NCBI GenBank assembly: GCA_048061315.1
Contig: JBGMRJ010000005.1
Span: 1-57,153 of the forward strand
DNA length: 57,153 nt
Origin: Gammaproteobacteria bacterium
GTDB taxonomy: Bacteria > Pseudomonadota > Gammaproteobacteria > UBA6429 > Thiohalophilaceae
Direction: 5' to 3'
The notes below the pieces were generated by a model that was not told where the DNA came from, searched no databases, and was given only the letters and a program-made list of their open reading frames with translations. Position 1 is the first letter of the stretch. Every line of letters begins with the position of its first letter. Positions 47,293-56,816 of the stretch are shown here, one piece after another. A program made the position numbers and the translations under genes.

Positions 47293-48570
47293 ATGAATAT
47301 TAATCAACAACATCAAAATCGTATTTTGTTGATTGCTCCCCATGGTAGTTATCGTACTTTTGCATTTATTAATGCTGCTCGTCAAAAGGGAATTGAGGTG
47401 TTAATTGCATCTGAAGGAAAACATTCTGTTGTAAGCGCTTATTCTGAAGGATTGCACATTAAATTTGATGAGCCAGATTTAGCGATTAAAAAAATGTTGC
47501 ACGAGGCATCAAAAAACCCATTTACTGCGGTTATCGGAACAGATGATTCTACCACTGAGCTTGCCGCTAAAGTATCGAAGATTTTAGGTCTTGAGCATAA
47601 TGAACCAATGTCAGTTGAAATTGCGAAAAGAAAAGATCTGGCTAGGACATGTTTACGTGATGCCGATGTTAAAATTCCAAATTTTGTTATTATCAATATT
47701 GCTCAAGATAGTGTTGAGCAGATTTCTAATATTAAATTTCCAGTTGTTGTAAAACCGATTGGCTTATCAGGAAGTCTGGGTGTTATTCGTGTTGATGATG
47801 AGCAAGCATTAGAAAAGACATGCCGTCGAGTTGCAACAATAATACGACAGGATAAAAAATTATCTGCTGAAAATTACCAATACTTGTTACTAGAAGAATT
47901 TATTGCAGGTGATGAAATTGCAGTCGAGGGAATTTTAATAGATGAAAAATTCACCCTTCTTAGTATTTTCGATAAACCGGACCCACTTAACGGACCTTAT
48001 TTTGAAGAAACGTATTATATTACCCCTTCAAAATTAACCGAGTCGCAGCAACAAGAATTAATAGCAACATTACAATCAGCATGTGATGCTTATGGTTTAC
48101 GGCATGGACCCATTCATGCTGAATGTCGTATAAACGAAGACGGTATCTGGGTTATTGAAATTGCAGCCCGTACTATTGGTGGCCTGTGTGGACGATTATT
48201 ACAATTTGGAACCGGACTTAGTTTGGAAGAATTGGTTCTAGCTCACGCGATAGGGGAATCAATACCAACGATTGAACAGTTACCACATGACAAAGCATCG
48301 GGTGTTTTAATGATACCGATACCGAAGCATGGCATTTTAAAACGGGTGGAAGGCTTATTAGCGGCACAAAATATTCCACTGATTGATGATGTTAGTATTC
48401 AAATTCAGGAAGGGTATGAAGTGATACCCTTACCTGACAACTCAAGTTATCTTGGGTTTATATTTGCATCCGGTAGTTCAACTCAGGAAGTGGAACAGGC
48501 ATTACGAAAAGCACATGAGTGTTTAAATATTATTATTGCACCGTTACTTTTTAAAGCCAACGTGGCATAA
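47293..48570 (+). CDS. ATP-grasp domain protein (carboxylate-amine ligase type)
   Basis: 425 aa. The KPIGLSGSLGV, EEFIAGDEIAVEG and HAECRI...VIEIAART segments follow ATP-grasp topology. Confidence 0.7.
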   Translation: MNINQQHQNRILLIAPHGSYRTFAFINAARQKGIEVLIASEGKHSVVSAYSEGLHIKFDEPDLAIKKMLHEASKNPFTAVIGTDDSTTELAAKVSKILGLEHNEPMSVEIAKRKDLARTCLRDADVKIPNFVIINIAQDSVEQISNIKFPVVVKPIGLSGSLGVIRVDDEQALEKTCRRVATIIRQDKKLSAENYQYLLLEEFIAGDEIAVEGILIDEKFTLLSIFDKPDPLNGPYFEETYYITPSKLTESQQQELIATLQSACDAYGLRHGPIHAECRINEDGIWVIEIAARTIGGLCGRLLQFGTGLSLEELVLAHAIGESIPTIEQLPHDKASGVLMIPIPKHGILKRVEGLLAAQNIPLIDDVSIQIQEGYEVIPLPDNSSYLGFIFASGSSTQEVEQALRKAHECLNIIIAPLLFKANVA

Positions 48571-48595
48571 AAATGAATTCTTTTAGGAAAATATT

Positions 48596-49690
48596 ATGAT
48601 CCAGATGTCAACAACGAACAAAATGGATAATTCGGAGAAATCTGAAAACCCGCAATACAAATTAATTGAGACCGGCTTACAAGAGAAAATGGACGATGGC
48701 ACAACGCGATGTAACTTGTGTTTATGGCGTTGTCGGTTACGACACGGCCAACGTGGATTTTGTCAGGCTCATGTTAATCGACACGGTACATTATATAATT
48801 TATCGTATGGCATAATTTCAGCTATTGAAATCGGGAAAATTGAAGATAAACCGGTAAAACATTTTCAGCCTGGAACCAAAATTATGTCTATTGGCAGTTA
48901 TGGCTGTAGTTTTCGCTGTGATGGTTGTCATAATTTAACGATATCCTGGGGGACGCAAACGCTGGATGAACTCGCAAAAGGAATTTCAACAGAGGCTTTT
49001 GTTTCTCCCGAAGAAATTGTTGCAACTGCATTACGCCATAAAGTGCAAGGGATTGCATTTACCTATTCTGAGCCTGCAGTGTGGCTAGAGTATGTTATCG
49101 ATGTGGCAAAATTTGCCCGGCAAGCCGGATTATATTTAGTTTATGTTTCCAATAGTTTTGTAACTGACGAAGCGCTGGAATTAATGGCTCCCCACATTGA
49201 TGTATTGTGTTCCGATGTTAAAAGTCTGGATAATGATTTTTATTATGATATTTGTAAAAAAGCCAAAGTGTCTGAAATATTGGGCTCGATTAAAAAAGCT
49301 CATCAGCTAGGAATGCATGTTGAAACGCGAACTAATATAATTCCGGGTAAAAATGATAATCTGGAAATGTTACGAGAAACTGCAATCTGGATTCGTGATA
49401 ATCTTGGTGCGACAAGTCCCTGGCACATCACCCGATTTTTCCCGGCTTTTAAATTAAGTCATATACCGGCAACACCCAGTGAAATCATGTGGCAAGTGCA
49501 TGATGTTGCTCGCGAAATTGGTTTAACTAATGTTTATGTTTATGATGATAAAGGCTGTGATTGTGCTGATAGTAATTTACCGGTGTCGACTTTTTTACAA
49601 GGTGATGAAAACTCAATTCACCAGGTTAAAAAATGCGTTGCAGAGTGTTGTGGCGACGATGGTATATTACTCAAAAAATATGAAGAATAA
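48596..49690 (+). CDS. Radical SAM enzyme of the PflA-like / AmmeMemoRadiSam-system type
   Basis: N-terminal Cys knuckle RCNLCLWRCRLRHGQRGFCQ, radical SAM motif GCSFRCDGCHN, and an extra Cys-rich C-terminus (GCDCAD...CVAECCG). It begins 25 nt after the ATP-grasp gene. Confidence 0.8.
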   Translation: MIQMSTTNKMDNSEKSENPQYKLIETGLQEKMDDGTTRCNLCLWRCRLRHGQRGFCQAHVNRHGTLYNLSYGIISAIEIGKIEDKPVKHFQPGTKIMSIGSYGCSFRCDGCHNLTISWGTQTLDELAKGISTEAFVSPEEIVATALRHKVQGIAFTYSEPAVWLEYVIDVAKFARQAGLYLVYVSNSFVTDEALELMAPHIDVLCSDVKSLDNDFYYDICKKAKVSEILGSIKKAHQLGMHVETRTNIIPGKNDNLEMLRETAIWIRDNLGATSPWHITRFFPAFKLSHIPATPSEIMWQVHDVAREIGLTNVYVYDDKGCDCADSNLPVSTFLQGDENSIHQVKKCVAECCGDDGILLKKYEE

Positions 49691-49701
49691 TTTTTAACCC
49701 T

Positions 49702-49732
49702 AAAATACAGTATCAGTTCACTGTATTTTATT
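49702..49732 (+). terminator. Rho-independent terminator-like hairpin after the radical SAM gene
   Basis: 10-bp stem AAAATACAGT / ACTGTATTTT with an 8-nt loop, and a T-rich 3' side. Confidence 0.55.
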
Positions 49733-49804
49733 GTGGTTTAGGAAAGTTTATTTAATGCATTGAATACTACCAATGCACTGCTCAGATTAATTAATAAAAA
49801 TCAA

Positions 49805-50076
49805 CACTGTTGCCCCATTTAACTTTCTAACGAGAACATAACGGAGGATATGGAACCGGTGCAGCCTGCTAAAGACCGTCTGCTTCAGGGACAGCCCAGG
49901 CTGCCCTCTCTTACTTCGCAATTCACCTTGTGAAGCAGTCGAGCGGCCAGGGATGGCGAATAGCGAGTCTTTAGCAGGCTGCACCGGTTTCATGTCCGGA
50001 TTGCACCATTTGACTTAAAACGTATGTACAGCCTATGTTTAAACTACTTTCGTTTAAAGTTAACGGGACAGTAGTG
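49805..50076 (+). repeat. Structured GC-rich repeat element, copy A (MITE-like or unannotated structured RNA); strand inferred from G-U pairing
   Basis: Shares terminal inverted repeats, a 31-bp stem (49846-49876 with 49967-49997), an 8-bp apical stem and an identical 28-nt bulge with copy B. It carries a 43-nt apical insertion relative to copy B. Confidence 0.8.
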
Positions 50077-50141
50077 ATAAACAAACTAAAGTCATTAGCT
50101 GACTTTGCCGTTATCTAGAGTTATCGATTCTAAATATAAAA

Positions 50142-50492
50142 GTGATTGTTATGACTGAATTACCAAAAATATCCCAGGATCCGCTATATCAATTATTACG
50201 ACAAGGTGAAATTGAAGAATTCAATAAGCGACGGTTAGCAGGGGAATCCTGTGATCTGGTTAACTGCGATTTTCGAAATGTTGATCTTCGAAAAATTAAT
50301 GCTGATGGTCTTGATTTTAGTGGTTGTTACTTTCGGCAAACGGATTTACGTGGCGTTGACTTGTCCAGGTCAAAATTGCCAGGAGCCAGTATTAATGGTG
50401 CACGGGTTTCCGGTGTGTATTTTCCAACTGAATTGTCTGCTGCTGAAATAAATTTATCGATTACTTACGGTACCCGGATGCGTTATTCTTAA
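50142..50492 (+). CDS. Pentapeptide-repeat protein
   Basis: CDLVNCDFRNVDLRKINADGLDFSGCYFRQTDLRGVDLSRSKLPGASINGARVSG is a run of A(D/N)LXX-type pentapeptides. The ATG at 50151 is an alternative start. Confidence 0.75.
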   Translation: MIVMTELPKISQDPLYQLLRQGEIEEFNKRRLAGESCDLVNCDFRNVDLRKINADGLDFSGCYFRQTDLRGVDLSRSKLPGASINGARVSGVYFPTELSAAEINLSITYGTRMRYS

Positions 50493-50506
50493 AACCGATA
50501 ATCAAT

Positions 50507-51991
50507 TCAGGATGAACAGCTAACCGCAACTGAGTTGGCCCAATTGGGCGGCACATCTGCATAATGCTGCATATCAGGATGTTCATCATAAGGATTTTGT
50601 AATACCGTTAATAAGCGATCTATTTCTGAATAATCTTTTTCGTCGCGAGCTTTCCGAATGGCTATTTCGGCAATATAGTTTCTCAATATAAATTTTGGAT
50701 TACAGGAATTCATTGTTATTTTACGTTTCTGATCATTTGAATTTTCCTGTTTTAATCTGGCGCAGTATACATTAGCCCATTCGTCCCATGCCGCAATATC
50801 AATAAAGTCATCGCGAATTCCGTTATTATCGTGAATGTTGTCACTTGAAAAATTACTCAGGGAACGAAAAAAACGTGTGTAGTCACTGCCATTTTTTTCC
50901 AGTAATGCCAGTAGTGTGTTAATTAATTTTAAATCATTATTTTCGGATTGGCTAAATCCGAGTTTTTGTTGCATTAAAAATACATATTCATTGATAAAGG
51001 CTTTTTCGTATAAAGCTAAACATGATTTTGCATCATCAATTGTCATTAATGGCAGTAATGCCTGAGCTAAACAACTTAGATTCCATAATCCAATATTGGG
51101 TTGTTCTTTAAAAGCATAACGACCACTGTGATCTGAGTGGTTACAGATAAAATTCGGATCATATTTTTCGAGAAATCCAAACGGACCATAGTCCAGGGTT
51201 AATCCTAAAATTGACATATTATCAGTATTCATAACGCCGTGTGCAAAACCCACGGCTTGCCAGTGTGCGATTAATTTGGCAGTTCGAATAACAACTTCAC
51301 TAAGCCAATCGACATATTTTGAAGTATTGTTTTTAATGTCAGGAAAATAATGGTTTATGGTGAAATCTGCCAGTGTCTTTAGTTGTTCATGTTGATCCCG
51401 ATAATAAAAAATTTCAAAACTTCCAAAGCGAATGTGGCTTGGTGCCATCCTGATTAAAAAGGCACCTGTTTCTATTGTTTCACGATAAATTTCATCATCT
51501 GATCCAATGATACACAATGCTCGTGTCGTATCGATGGATAATCCAGCCATTGCTTCACTGCACAAATATTCACGTATGGTTGAGCGTAATACCGCACGGC
51601 CATCGCCATCGCGTGAATAAGGGGTTAAGCCTGATCCTTTTAATTGCAAGTCCCAATGTTCACCTCGGTTATTGATTACTTCCGTTAATAAGATTGCGCG
51701 GCCATCACCTAGTTGCGGGTTATAGCCTCCAAATTGATGTCCTGAATATAACATGGCTAGTGGATCAGTATGAGGAAAGGGCTTTTTGGCTGTGATACAA
51801 TCGATGAAATCCTGATCGGGTATGAAACTCTGATCAAGATCGATTAACCCGGCAGCCTGTTGATTAAAGCTCACTAAATAATGGGGTAATTTAAACGGCG
51901 TTGGTTTGACATTAGTATGAAACTGATTCGATAATCTTCCAAAGCGATTATCAAATTTTAAATTAAGAAATTGTTGTAAGTTATCAGACAT
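50507..51991 (-). CDS. selO: Protein adenylyltransferase SelO (YdiU)
   Basis: 494 aa. The QLGDGRAILL, HGVMNTDNMS and DYGPFGF motifs are those of the SelO pseudokinase-fold AMPylase. Confidence 0.9.
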   Translation of the reverse strand: MSDNLQQFLNLKFDNRFGRLSNQFHTNVKPTPFKLPHYLVSFNQQAAGLIDLDQSFIPDQDFIDCITAKKPFPHTDPLAMLYSGHQFGGYNPQLGDGRAILLTEVINNRGEHWDLQLKGSGLTPYSRDGDGRAVLRSTIREYLCSEAMAGLSIDTTRALCIIGSDDEIYRETIETGAFLIRMAPSHIRFGSFEIFYYRDQHEQLKTLADFTINHYFPDIKNNTSKYVDWLSEVVIRTAKLIAHWQAVGFAHGVMNTDNMSILGLTLDYGPFGFLEKYDPNFICNHSDHSGRYAFKEQPNIGLWNLSCLAQALLPLMTIDDAKSCLALYEKAFINEYVFLMQQKLGFSQSENNDLKLINTLLALLEKNGSDYTRFFRSLSNFSSDNIHDNNGIRDDFIDIAAWDEWANVYCARLKQENSNDQKRKITMNSCNPKFILRNYIAEIAIRKARDEKDYSEIDRLLTVLQNPYDEHPDMQHYADVPPNWANSVAVSCSS

Positions 51992-52130
51992 TGATGTTAG
52001 TGGCTTTAATTAAAATGGCTATTTTACAGTGACATCCAAATATTAACGACCCTGTATATTTTAGGTGATATAATCGAATACAAGTTATTGAACTTATTTA
52101 TTTTAAAATTTATCTATATAAGGTTCTATT

Positions 52131-52925
52131 TTGGAAAATACCATTCATTCAACTGCCATTATTTCAAACAAAGCAATTCTTGGTGAAAGTAATACTATTG
52201 GCGCTTTTGTTATTATTGAAGATGATGTGGTATTAGGTTCAAATAATATTATTCATGCTCGCTGTAGTATAAAAAAAGGTTCTCGAATTGGCTCGAATAA
52301 TGTAATTCATGAAGGTTGTATATTTAGTGGTGATCCACAAGATACCAGCTTTAAAGACTGTGCGACTCAAACAGTGCTTGGTAACGACAACGTTCTTCGA
52401 GAATATGTCATTATTCATCGAGGTAGTTCAACACAAACCAGTACTCAAATTGGCGATAAAAATTATCTCATGAATGGCGTGCATTTAGGTCACGACTGTA
52501 TTTTATCAAATAATATAATAATGGCTCCCTATGCAGCTCTAGCAGGCCACGTTGCTGTTGAAAATAATGCATTTATTTCTGGTGGTGTTATGGTTCATCA
52601 ATTTACAACTATTGGCTGTTTCGCCATGGTTGGTGGTAATAGTAAAATTACTCGAGGTGTTTTGCCCTATATGATTACTGACGGCGTACCGGGTTCAGTT
52701 AAAGGATTAAATAGTGTTGGCCTTCGGCGGGCTGGTTTTTCATCAAATAGTGTTAAAAGTTTAAAGCAGGCATTTCAAATATTATTTCCTAAAATTATCA
52801 ACCCGGAATTGAACTCCTTGGACGGTATCTTAGTGGCGTTACAAAAAATAAAAACGCCAGAAGTTGAGCATTTAATAAATTTTATAAAATCACAAAAACG
52901 AGGATTTCACAGAGTTAAACGATAA
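52131..52925 (+). CDS. lpxA: Acyl-ACP--UDP-N-acetylglucosamine O-acyltransferase-like left-handed beta-helix protein
   Basis: Hexapeptide repeats, a GVHLGHDC catalytic His segment, and the C-terminal helical domain (GLNSVGLRRAGFS...LKQAFQILF) as in LpxA. The start codon is TTG. Confidence 0.75.
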   Translation: MENTIHSTAIISNKAILGESNTIGAFVIIEDDVVLGSNNIIHARCSIKKGSRIGSNNVIHEGCIFSGDPQDTSFKDCATQTVLGNDNVLREYVIIHRGSSTQTSTQIGDKNYLMNGVHLGHDCILSNNIIMAPYAALAGHVAVENNAFISGGVMVHQFTTIGCFAMVGGNSKITRGVLPYMITDGVPGSVKGLNSVGLRRAGFSSNSVKSLKQAFQILFPKIINPELNSLDGILVALQKIKTPEVEHLINFIKSQKRGFHRVKR

Positions 52926-53172
52926 ATATTCGATTATTTTGTGCTAAATGTTTGATTTTCTGTATAAATTTGTATTTATCTCAATATAGATGACTTGAAA
53001 TACTATGTTTCAACCCCATGAAACGGTAAAATACCTGTTTTTTAAATACCCAGAATTTAATTTGGAAAAGTGTGTAATAAATAAATATTTAAATCGTAAT
53101 TATTCACTGCCCCATGTTGTAGTAAGAGCTTTATCCTTACTATCGAATTACAATTAGTTTAAAGAGTTATCA

Positions 53173-53691
53173 ATGGAAAATAAAAATAGTTTCTCAAGAG
53201 AAGACATTATAAAATGTGGCCACAGTGAACTTTTTGGTCCTGGAAATGCGCAATTACCATTACCGCCGATGCTTATGTTTGATCGAATTCCACGCATCAA
53301 TACTGAAGGTGGAAAATACGGTAAAGGTGAGATCATCGCTGAGTTGGATATTAATAAAGATCTATGGTTTTTTGCCTGTCATTTTGAAGGTGATCCGGTT
53401 ATGCCAGGTTGTTTAGGTTTAGATGCAATGTGGCAGTTGTTGGGGTTTTATCTGGGATGGTTGGGTGGTCCGGGTCAGGGGCGAGCATTAGGTTCTAAAG
53501 AAGTTAAATTTACCGGGCAAGTAACACCGGATAAAAAACTGGTGACCTATCATATTCATATCAAACGAACAATTATGCGGAAATTATACATGGGTATTGC
53601 TGATGCCGTAATGAGTGTTGATGGTGAAGATATATATACTGCAAATGATCTTCGTGTTGGTTTGTTCGCTAAAGCTGAGGAAGGAGCATAA
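53173..53691 (+). CDS. fabA: 3-hydroxydecanoyl-ACP dehydratase/isomerase
   Basis: [24 protein letters not shown] active-site region; 172 aa. Confidence 0.95.
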   Translation: MENKNSFSREDIIKCGHSELFGPGNAQLPLPPMLMFDRIPRINTEGGKYGKGEIIAELDINKDLWFFACHFEGDPVMPGCLGLDAMWQLLGFYLGWLGGPGQGRALGSKEVKFTGQVTPDKKLVTYHIHIKRTIMRKLYMGIADAVMSVDGEDIYTANDLRVGLFAKAEEGA

Positions 53692-53693
53692 CA

Positions 53694-54914
53694 ATGTCTA
53701 CTAAAAGAGTTGTAATTACCGGCTTGGGGATTGTGTCCAGTATTGGTAATAATAAAACTGAAGTTGCTGAATCTTTACGGCAAGGTAAGTCTGGCATTCA
53801 TTTCCATCAGGAGTATGCCGATCTTGGAATGCGAACCCATATTCATGGTGGTCTGAATATTGATACCGAAGCACTGATTGATCGTAAAGTAAGACGGTTT
53901 ATGGGTGATAGCGCGGCATATAATTACATTGCAATGCAACAGGCAATAGAAGATGCCGGATTAGACGACAGTGATGTGTCAAATATTCGAACAGGTTTGG
54001 TGGTTGGCTCAGGTGGCCCATCTACATCAAGTATAGTTGAAGCAGCTGACATTTTAAGAGAGCGCGGCATTAAACGTGTTGGGCCTTATCGTGTTACTAA
54101 AACTATGTCGAGCACAAACTCGGCCTGTCTGGCAACACCGTTTAAAATTAAAGGTGTTAATTATTCTATTACCTCTGCTTGTTCTACTAGTGCTCATTGT
54201 ATTGGTCATGCAGCTGAATTAATTCAACTCGGTAAACAGGATATTGTGTTTGCCGGTGGTGGTGAAGAATTACATTGGACCTTAACTATTTTGTTTGATG
54301 CAATGGGAGCCTGTTCGTCTAAATACAATGATGCTCCTGAAACGGCTTCGCGTACTTTTGATGTCGATCGGGATGGTTTTGTAATTTCCGGTGGTGGTGG
54401 ACTTTTAGTTGTTGAAGAGTTAGAACATGCTAAAGCACGTGGTGCTAAAATTTATGCTGAAATTACTGGTTACGGTGCAACATCCGATGGTGCCGATATG
54501 GTTGCACCTTCAGGTGAAGGTGCGGTTCGTTGTATGCAACAAGCACTAGCAACAACAGACGGACAAAAAATTGACTACATTAATACCCATGGTACCAGTA
54601 CACCGGTTGGTGATATGCGGGAACTTGAAGCAATTAAAGAAGTCTTCGGCGACAATATACCATTTATTAATTCTACAAAATCATTGACTGGTCATGCCTT
54701 GGGTGCTGCGGGTGTGAATGAAGCAATTTATTCCTTACTAATGATGGAAGGAAATTTTATTAGCGCTTCAGCAAATATTACTAATCTGGATCCGGCTGCC
54801 GAGGGTTTTCCTATTGTGCGCGCGTTAAAAGAAAATATTACTTTAGATCGTGTTATGTCGAATAGTTTTGGGTTTGGTGGTACCAACGCCAGTTTAATAA
54901 TGCAGCGATACTAA
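53694..54914 (+). CDS. fabB: 3-oxoacyl-ACP synthase I
   Basis: 406 aa and nearly collinear with E. coli FabB ([44 protein letters not shown]). It starts 2 nt after fabA. Confidence 0.95.
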   Translation: MSTKRVVITGLGIVSSIGNNKTEVAESLRQGKSGIHFHQEYADLGMRTHIHGGLNIDTEALIDRKVRRFMGDSAAYNYIAMQQAIEDAGLDDSDVSNIRTGLVVGSGGPSTSSIVEAADILRERGIKRVGPYRVTKTMSSTNSACLATPFKIKGVNYSITSACSTSAHCIGHAAELIQLGKQDIVFAGGGEELHWTLTILFDAMGACSSKYNDAPETASRTFDVDRDGFVISGGGGLLVVEELEHAKARGAKIYAEITGYGATSDGADMVAPSGEGAVRCMQQALATTDGQKIDYINTHGTSTPVGDMRELEAIKEVFGDNIPFINSTKSLTGHALGAAGVNEAIYSLLMMEGNFISASANITNLDPAAEGFPIVRALKENITLDRVMSNSFGFGGTNASLIMQRY

Positions 54915-54931
54915 TCTTGTGAAACAAGATT
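54913..54931 (+). terminator. Possible terminator hairpin after fabB
   Basis: AATCTTGT-gaa-ACAAGATT is an 8-bp stem overlapping the stop codon. No clear T-run follows, so this call is weak. Confidence 0.3.
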
Positions 54932-55009
54932 AGATACATTTCAGTCAAAACATTACATTCATTCTTATTGCTTAGTTTAAACCACAAATAAAGTAGCTAT
55001 GCTTTAAGA

Positions 55010-56182
55010 ATGGATTCAGAATCATTAGTTCACGCTATTTTTTTAATTTTTACTGGTGCAGCAATTTTAGCATCGTTAGCGCTTTATGCGCGTCAATCTT
55101 TAATTATTGCCTATATCTTTTTAGGTGTGTTAATAGGTCCGTGGGGGCTGGCTCTGGTTCCTGAACCAGAAATCATAGAAGACATTGCCAGTGTCGGTAT
55201 TATCTTCCTGTTATTTCTTTTGGGTCTTGATTTAGATCCGCATAGTTTATCAAACATGTTTTCCAAGGCCATGATAACCACGCTTTTAAGTAGTTTACTA
55301 TTTGCTGGTGTTGGTTTTGTGATTGCGTTGTCGTTTCAGTTTGGTTTTATTGAATCCGTCGTTATTGGTGCTACTATGATGTTTTCCAGCACTATACTAG
55401 GGCTTAAGTTATTACCAACGACAGTATTACACCACAGGCATCTTGGAGAAATTATAATTAGTGTGTTGTTAATTCAGGATTTAATCGCAATATTTATTCT
55501 TATTATTTTTCATGGCGCATCTCAGGGAAATGATGATCTACTATTTCAGTTTGGAAAGCTTGCACTAACAATTCCGATGATTATCCTGTTAGTTTTTCTT
55601 ATTGAACGATATTTACTATTACCACTAATTGCCAGATTTGACACAATACGAGAGTACATTTTTTTAGTAGCCCTGGGTTGGTGTCTTGGTATAGCTGAAC
55701 TCGCTAATTATGTTGGTCTATCGGTAGAAATAGGTGCATTTGTAGCCGGGATTGCATTAGCAAGACGACCCATAGCCGTTTATATCGCTGAAAGTTTACG
55801 ACCGTTACGGGATTTCTTTTTAGTGATGTTTTTCTTTTCACTCGGTGCCGGGTTTGATTTATCGATGTTCACTAAGGTGATTATTCCAGCTGCTTCATTG
55901 GCTGTATTTGTATTAATATTCAAGCCACTAATTTTTCGCTGGTTGCTGCGAAAAGTTGCAGAACGTCCCAGAACAGCGAAGGAAGCCGGATTTAGATTAG
56001 GACAGATAAGTGAATTCTCATTATTAATTACTATTATTGCCTTACAGTCAGGCTATATTTCAGCAAAAGCCTCATATGTCATTCAATTAGCTACCTTAAT
56101 TACATTTATATTTTCTTCTTACTATATAGTCATGAAGTATCCAACCCCGATAAGCACGTCAGAGAAATTACGCCGCGATTAA
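55010..56182 (+). CDS. Cation:proton antiporter (CPA2 / Kef-type membrane domain, no KTN domain)
   Basis: 390 aa with about 12 TMs. The GPWGL, FLLGLDLD, SSTILGLKLL and QDLIAIFIL segments are typical of the Na_H_Exchanger family. Confidence 0.8.
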   Translation: MDSESLVHAIFLIFTGAAILASLALYARQSLIIAYIFLGVLIGPWGLALVPEPEIIEDIASVGIIFLLFLLGLDLDPHSLSNMFSKAMITTLLSSLLFAGVGFVIALSFQFGFIESVVIGATMMFSSTILGLKLLPTTVLHHRHLGEIIISVLLIQDLIAIFILIIFHGASQGNDDLLFQFGKLALTIPMIILLVFLIERYLLLPLIARFDTIREYIFLVALGWCLGIAELANYVGLSVEIGAFVAGIALARRPIAVYIAESLRPLRDFFLVMFFFSLGAGFDLSMFTKVIIPAASLAVFVLIFKPLIFRWLLRKVAERPRTAKEAGFRLGQISEFSLLITIIALQSGYISAKASYVIQLATLITFIFSSYYIVMKYPTPISTSEKLRRD

Positions 56183-56286
56183 TCGATAATATTGAACTTA
56201 TTTACTGTGCAAGGCATTAAATAAATAGTGTTCTAATTAGTGCCTGTGATAAACTTTAATCAAAATGTTAAATATTTAGTTATGGA

Positions 56287-56808
56287 GTGAACTCTATGTT
56301 TCAGCAATTTATTGTAATGCTTGCTATTTTAACGGGTTCAGTATTGTTATTACCTAATGCACTCGCTGACGAATCTTCTGATGTGAAAATAACAGAAACT
56401 GAAACTTTCGTTGAGTATAAAATTAATGGGTTTTATGCTGACATTCGTGATGATGTTGAATTATCAATTACGGGGACTGGAATTAAAATTAATACCATTG
56501 CACACACCGGTGACATGCTCATTCGAACCGCAAAAGATGTCGGTGCTACTAAAGTAATTTATAAGCATGCTGAGGCTTTTGAATTTTGTTCGGCAACAAT
56601 ATCACGAGCAACAATGGAGGCCGATTTCAGAAATTTTATGTTTTGCCCTTACATTATTTACGTTTATCAATTATCTGGCGATAAAGATAAAGAAGTAGTC
56701 TATGTTACTTATCGTCGCCCTACATACGGTAAAAATAAAAAATCCAATGAAGCGTTACAATCGGTTGAGAAATTATTAAAGGGTATTATTTCAGAGGTTT
56801 TACCTTAA
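56287..56808 (+). CDS. Exported DUF302 domain protein
   Basis: Signal peptide. The core FEFCSATISRATMEADFRNFMFCPYIIYVYQ parallels the DUF302 pattern (..CNP......l...p.....lPC.v.Vy). Confidence 0.55.
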   Translation: MNSMFQQFIVMLAILTGSVLLLPNALADESSDVKITETETFVEYKINGFYADIRDDVELSITGTGIKINTIAHTGDMLIRTAKDVGATKVIYKHAEAFEFCSATISRATMEADFRNFMFCPYIIYVYQLSGDKDKEVVYVTYRRPTYGKNKKSNEALQSVEKLLKGIISEVLP

Positions 56809-56816
56809 TTTATTAT

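Noticed and set aside
49787-49993. 68-aa ORF on the minus strand inside repeat copy A, and the similar 60-aa ORF at 56840-57022 (+) inside copy B (MK(P/R)VQP(A/T)KDSLFAIPGRSTAS...)
   Set aside because: The similarity is a by-product of the repeated DNA. Differences between the two ORFs are non-synonymous and coincide exactly with the compensatory stem changes. There is no RBS, and the 43-nt apical insertion changes the peptide arbitrarily. A structural RNA or DNA element explains the conservation better than coding does.
49805-50076. Retron msr/msd interpretation of the repeat (flanking inverted repeats plus a long hairpin)
   Set aside because: No reverse transcriptase ORF follows either copy. 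Copy A is followed by a pentapeptide-repeat gene, and copy B faces the end of a DUF302 gene. Retrons are also normally single-copy.
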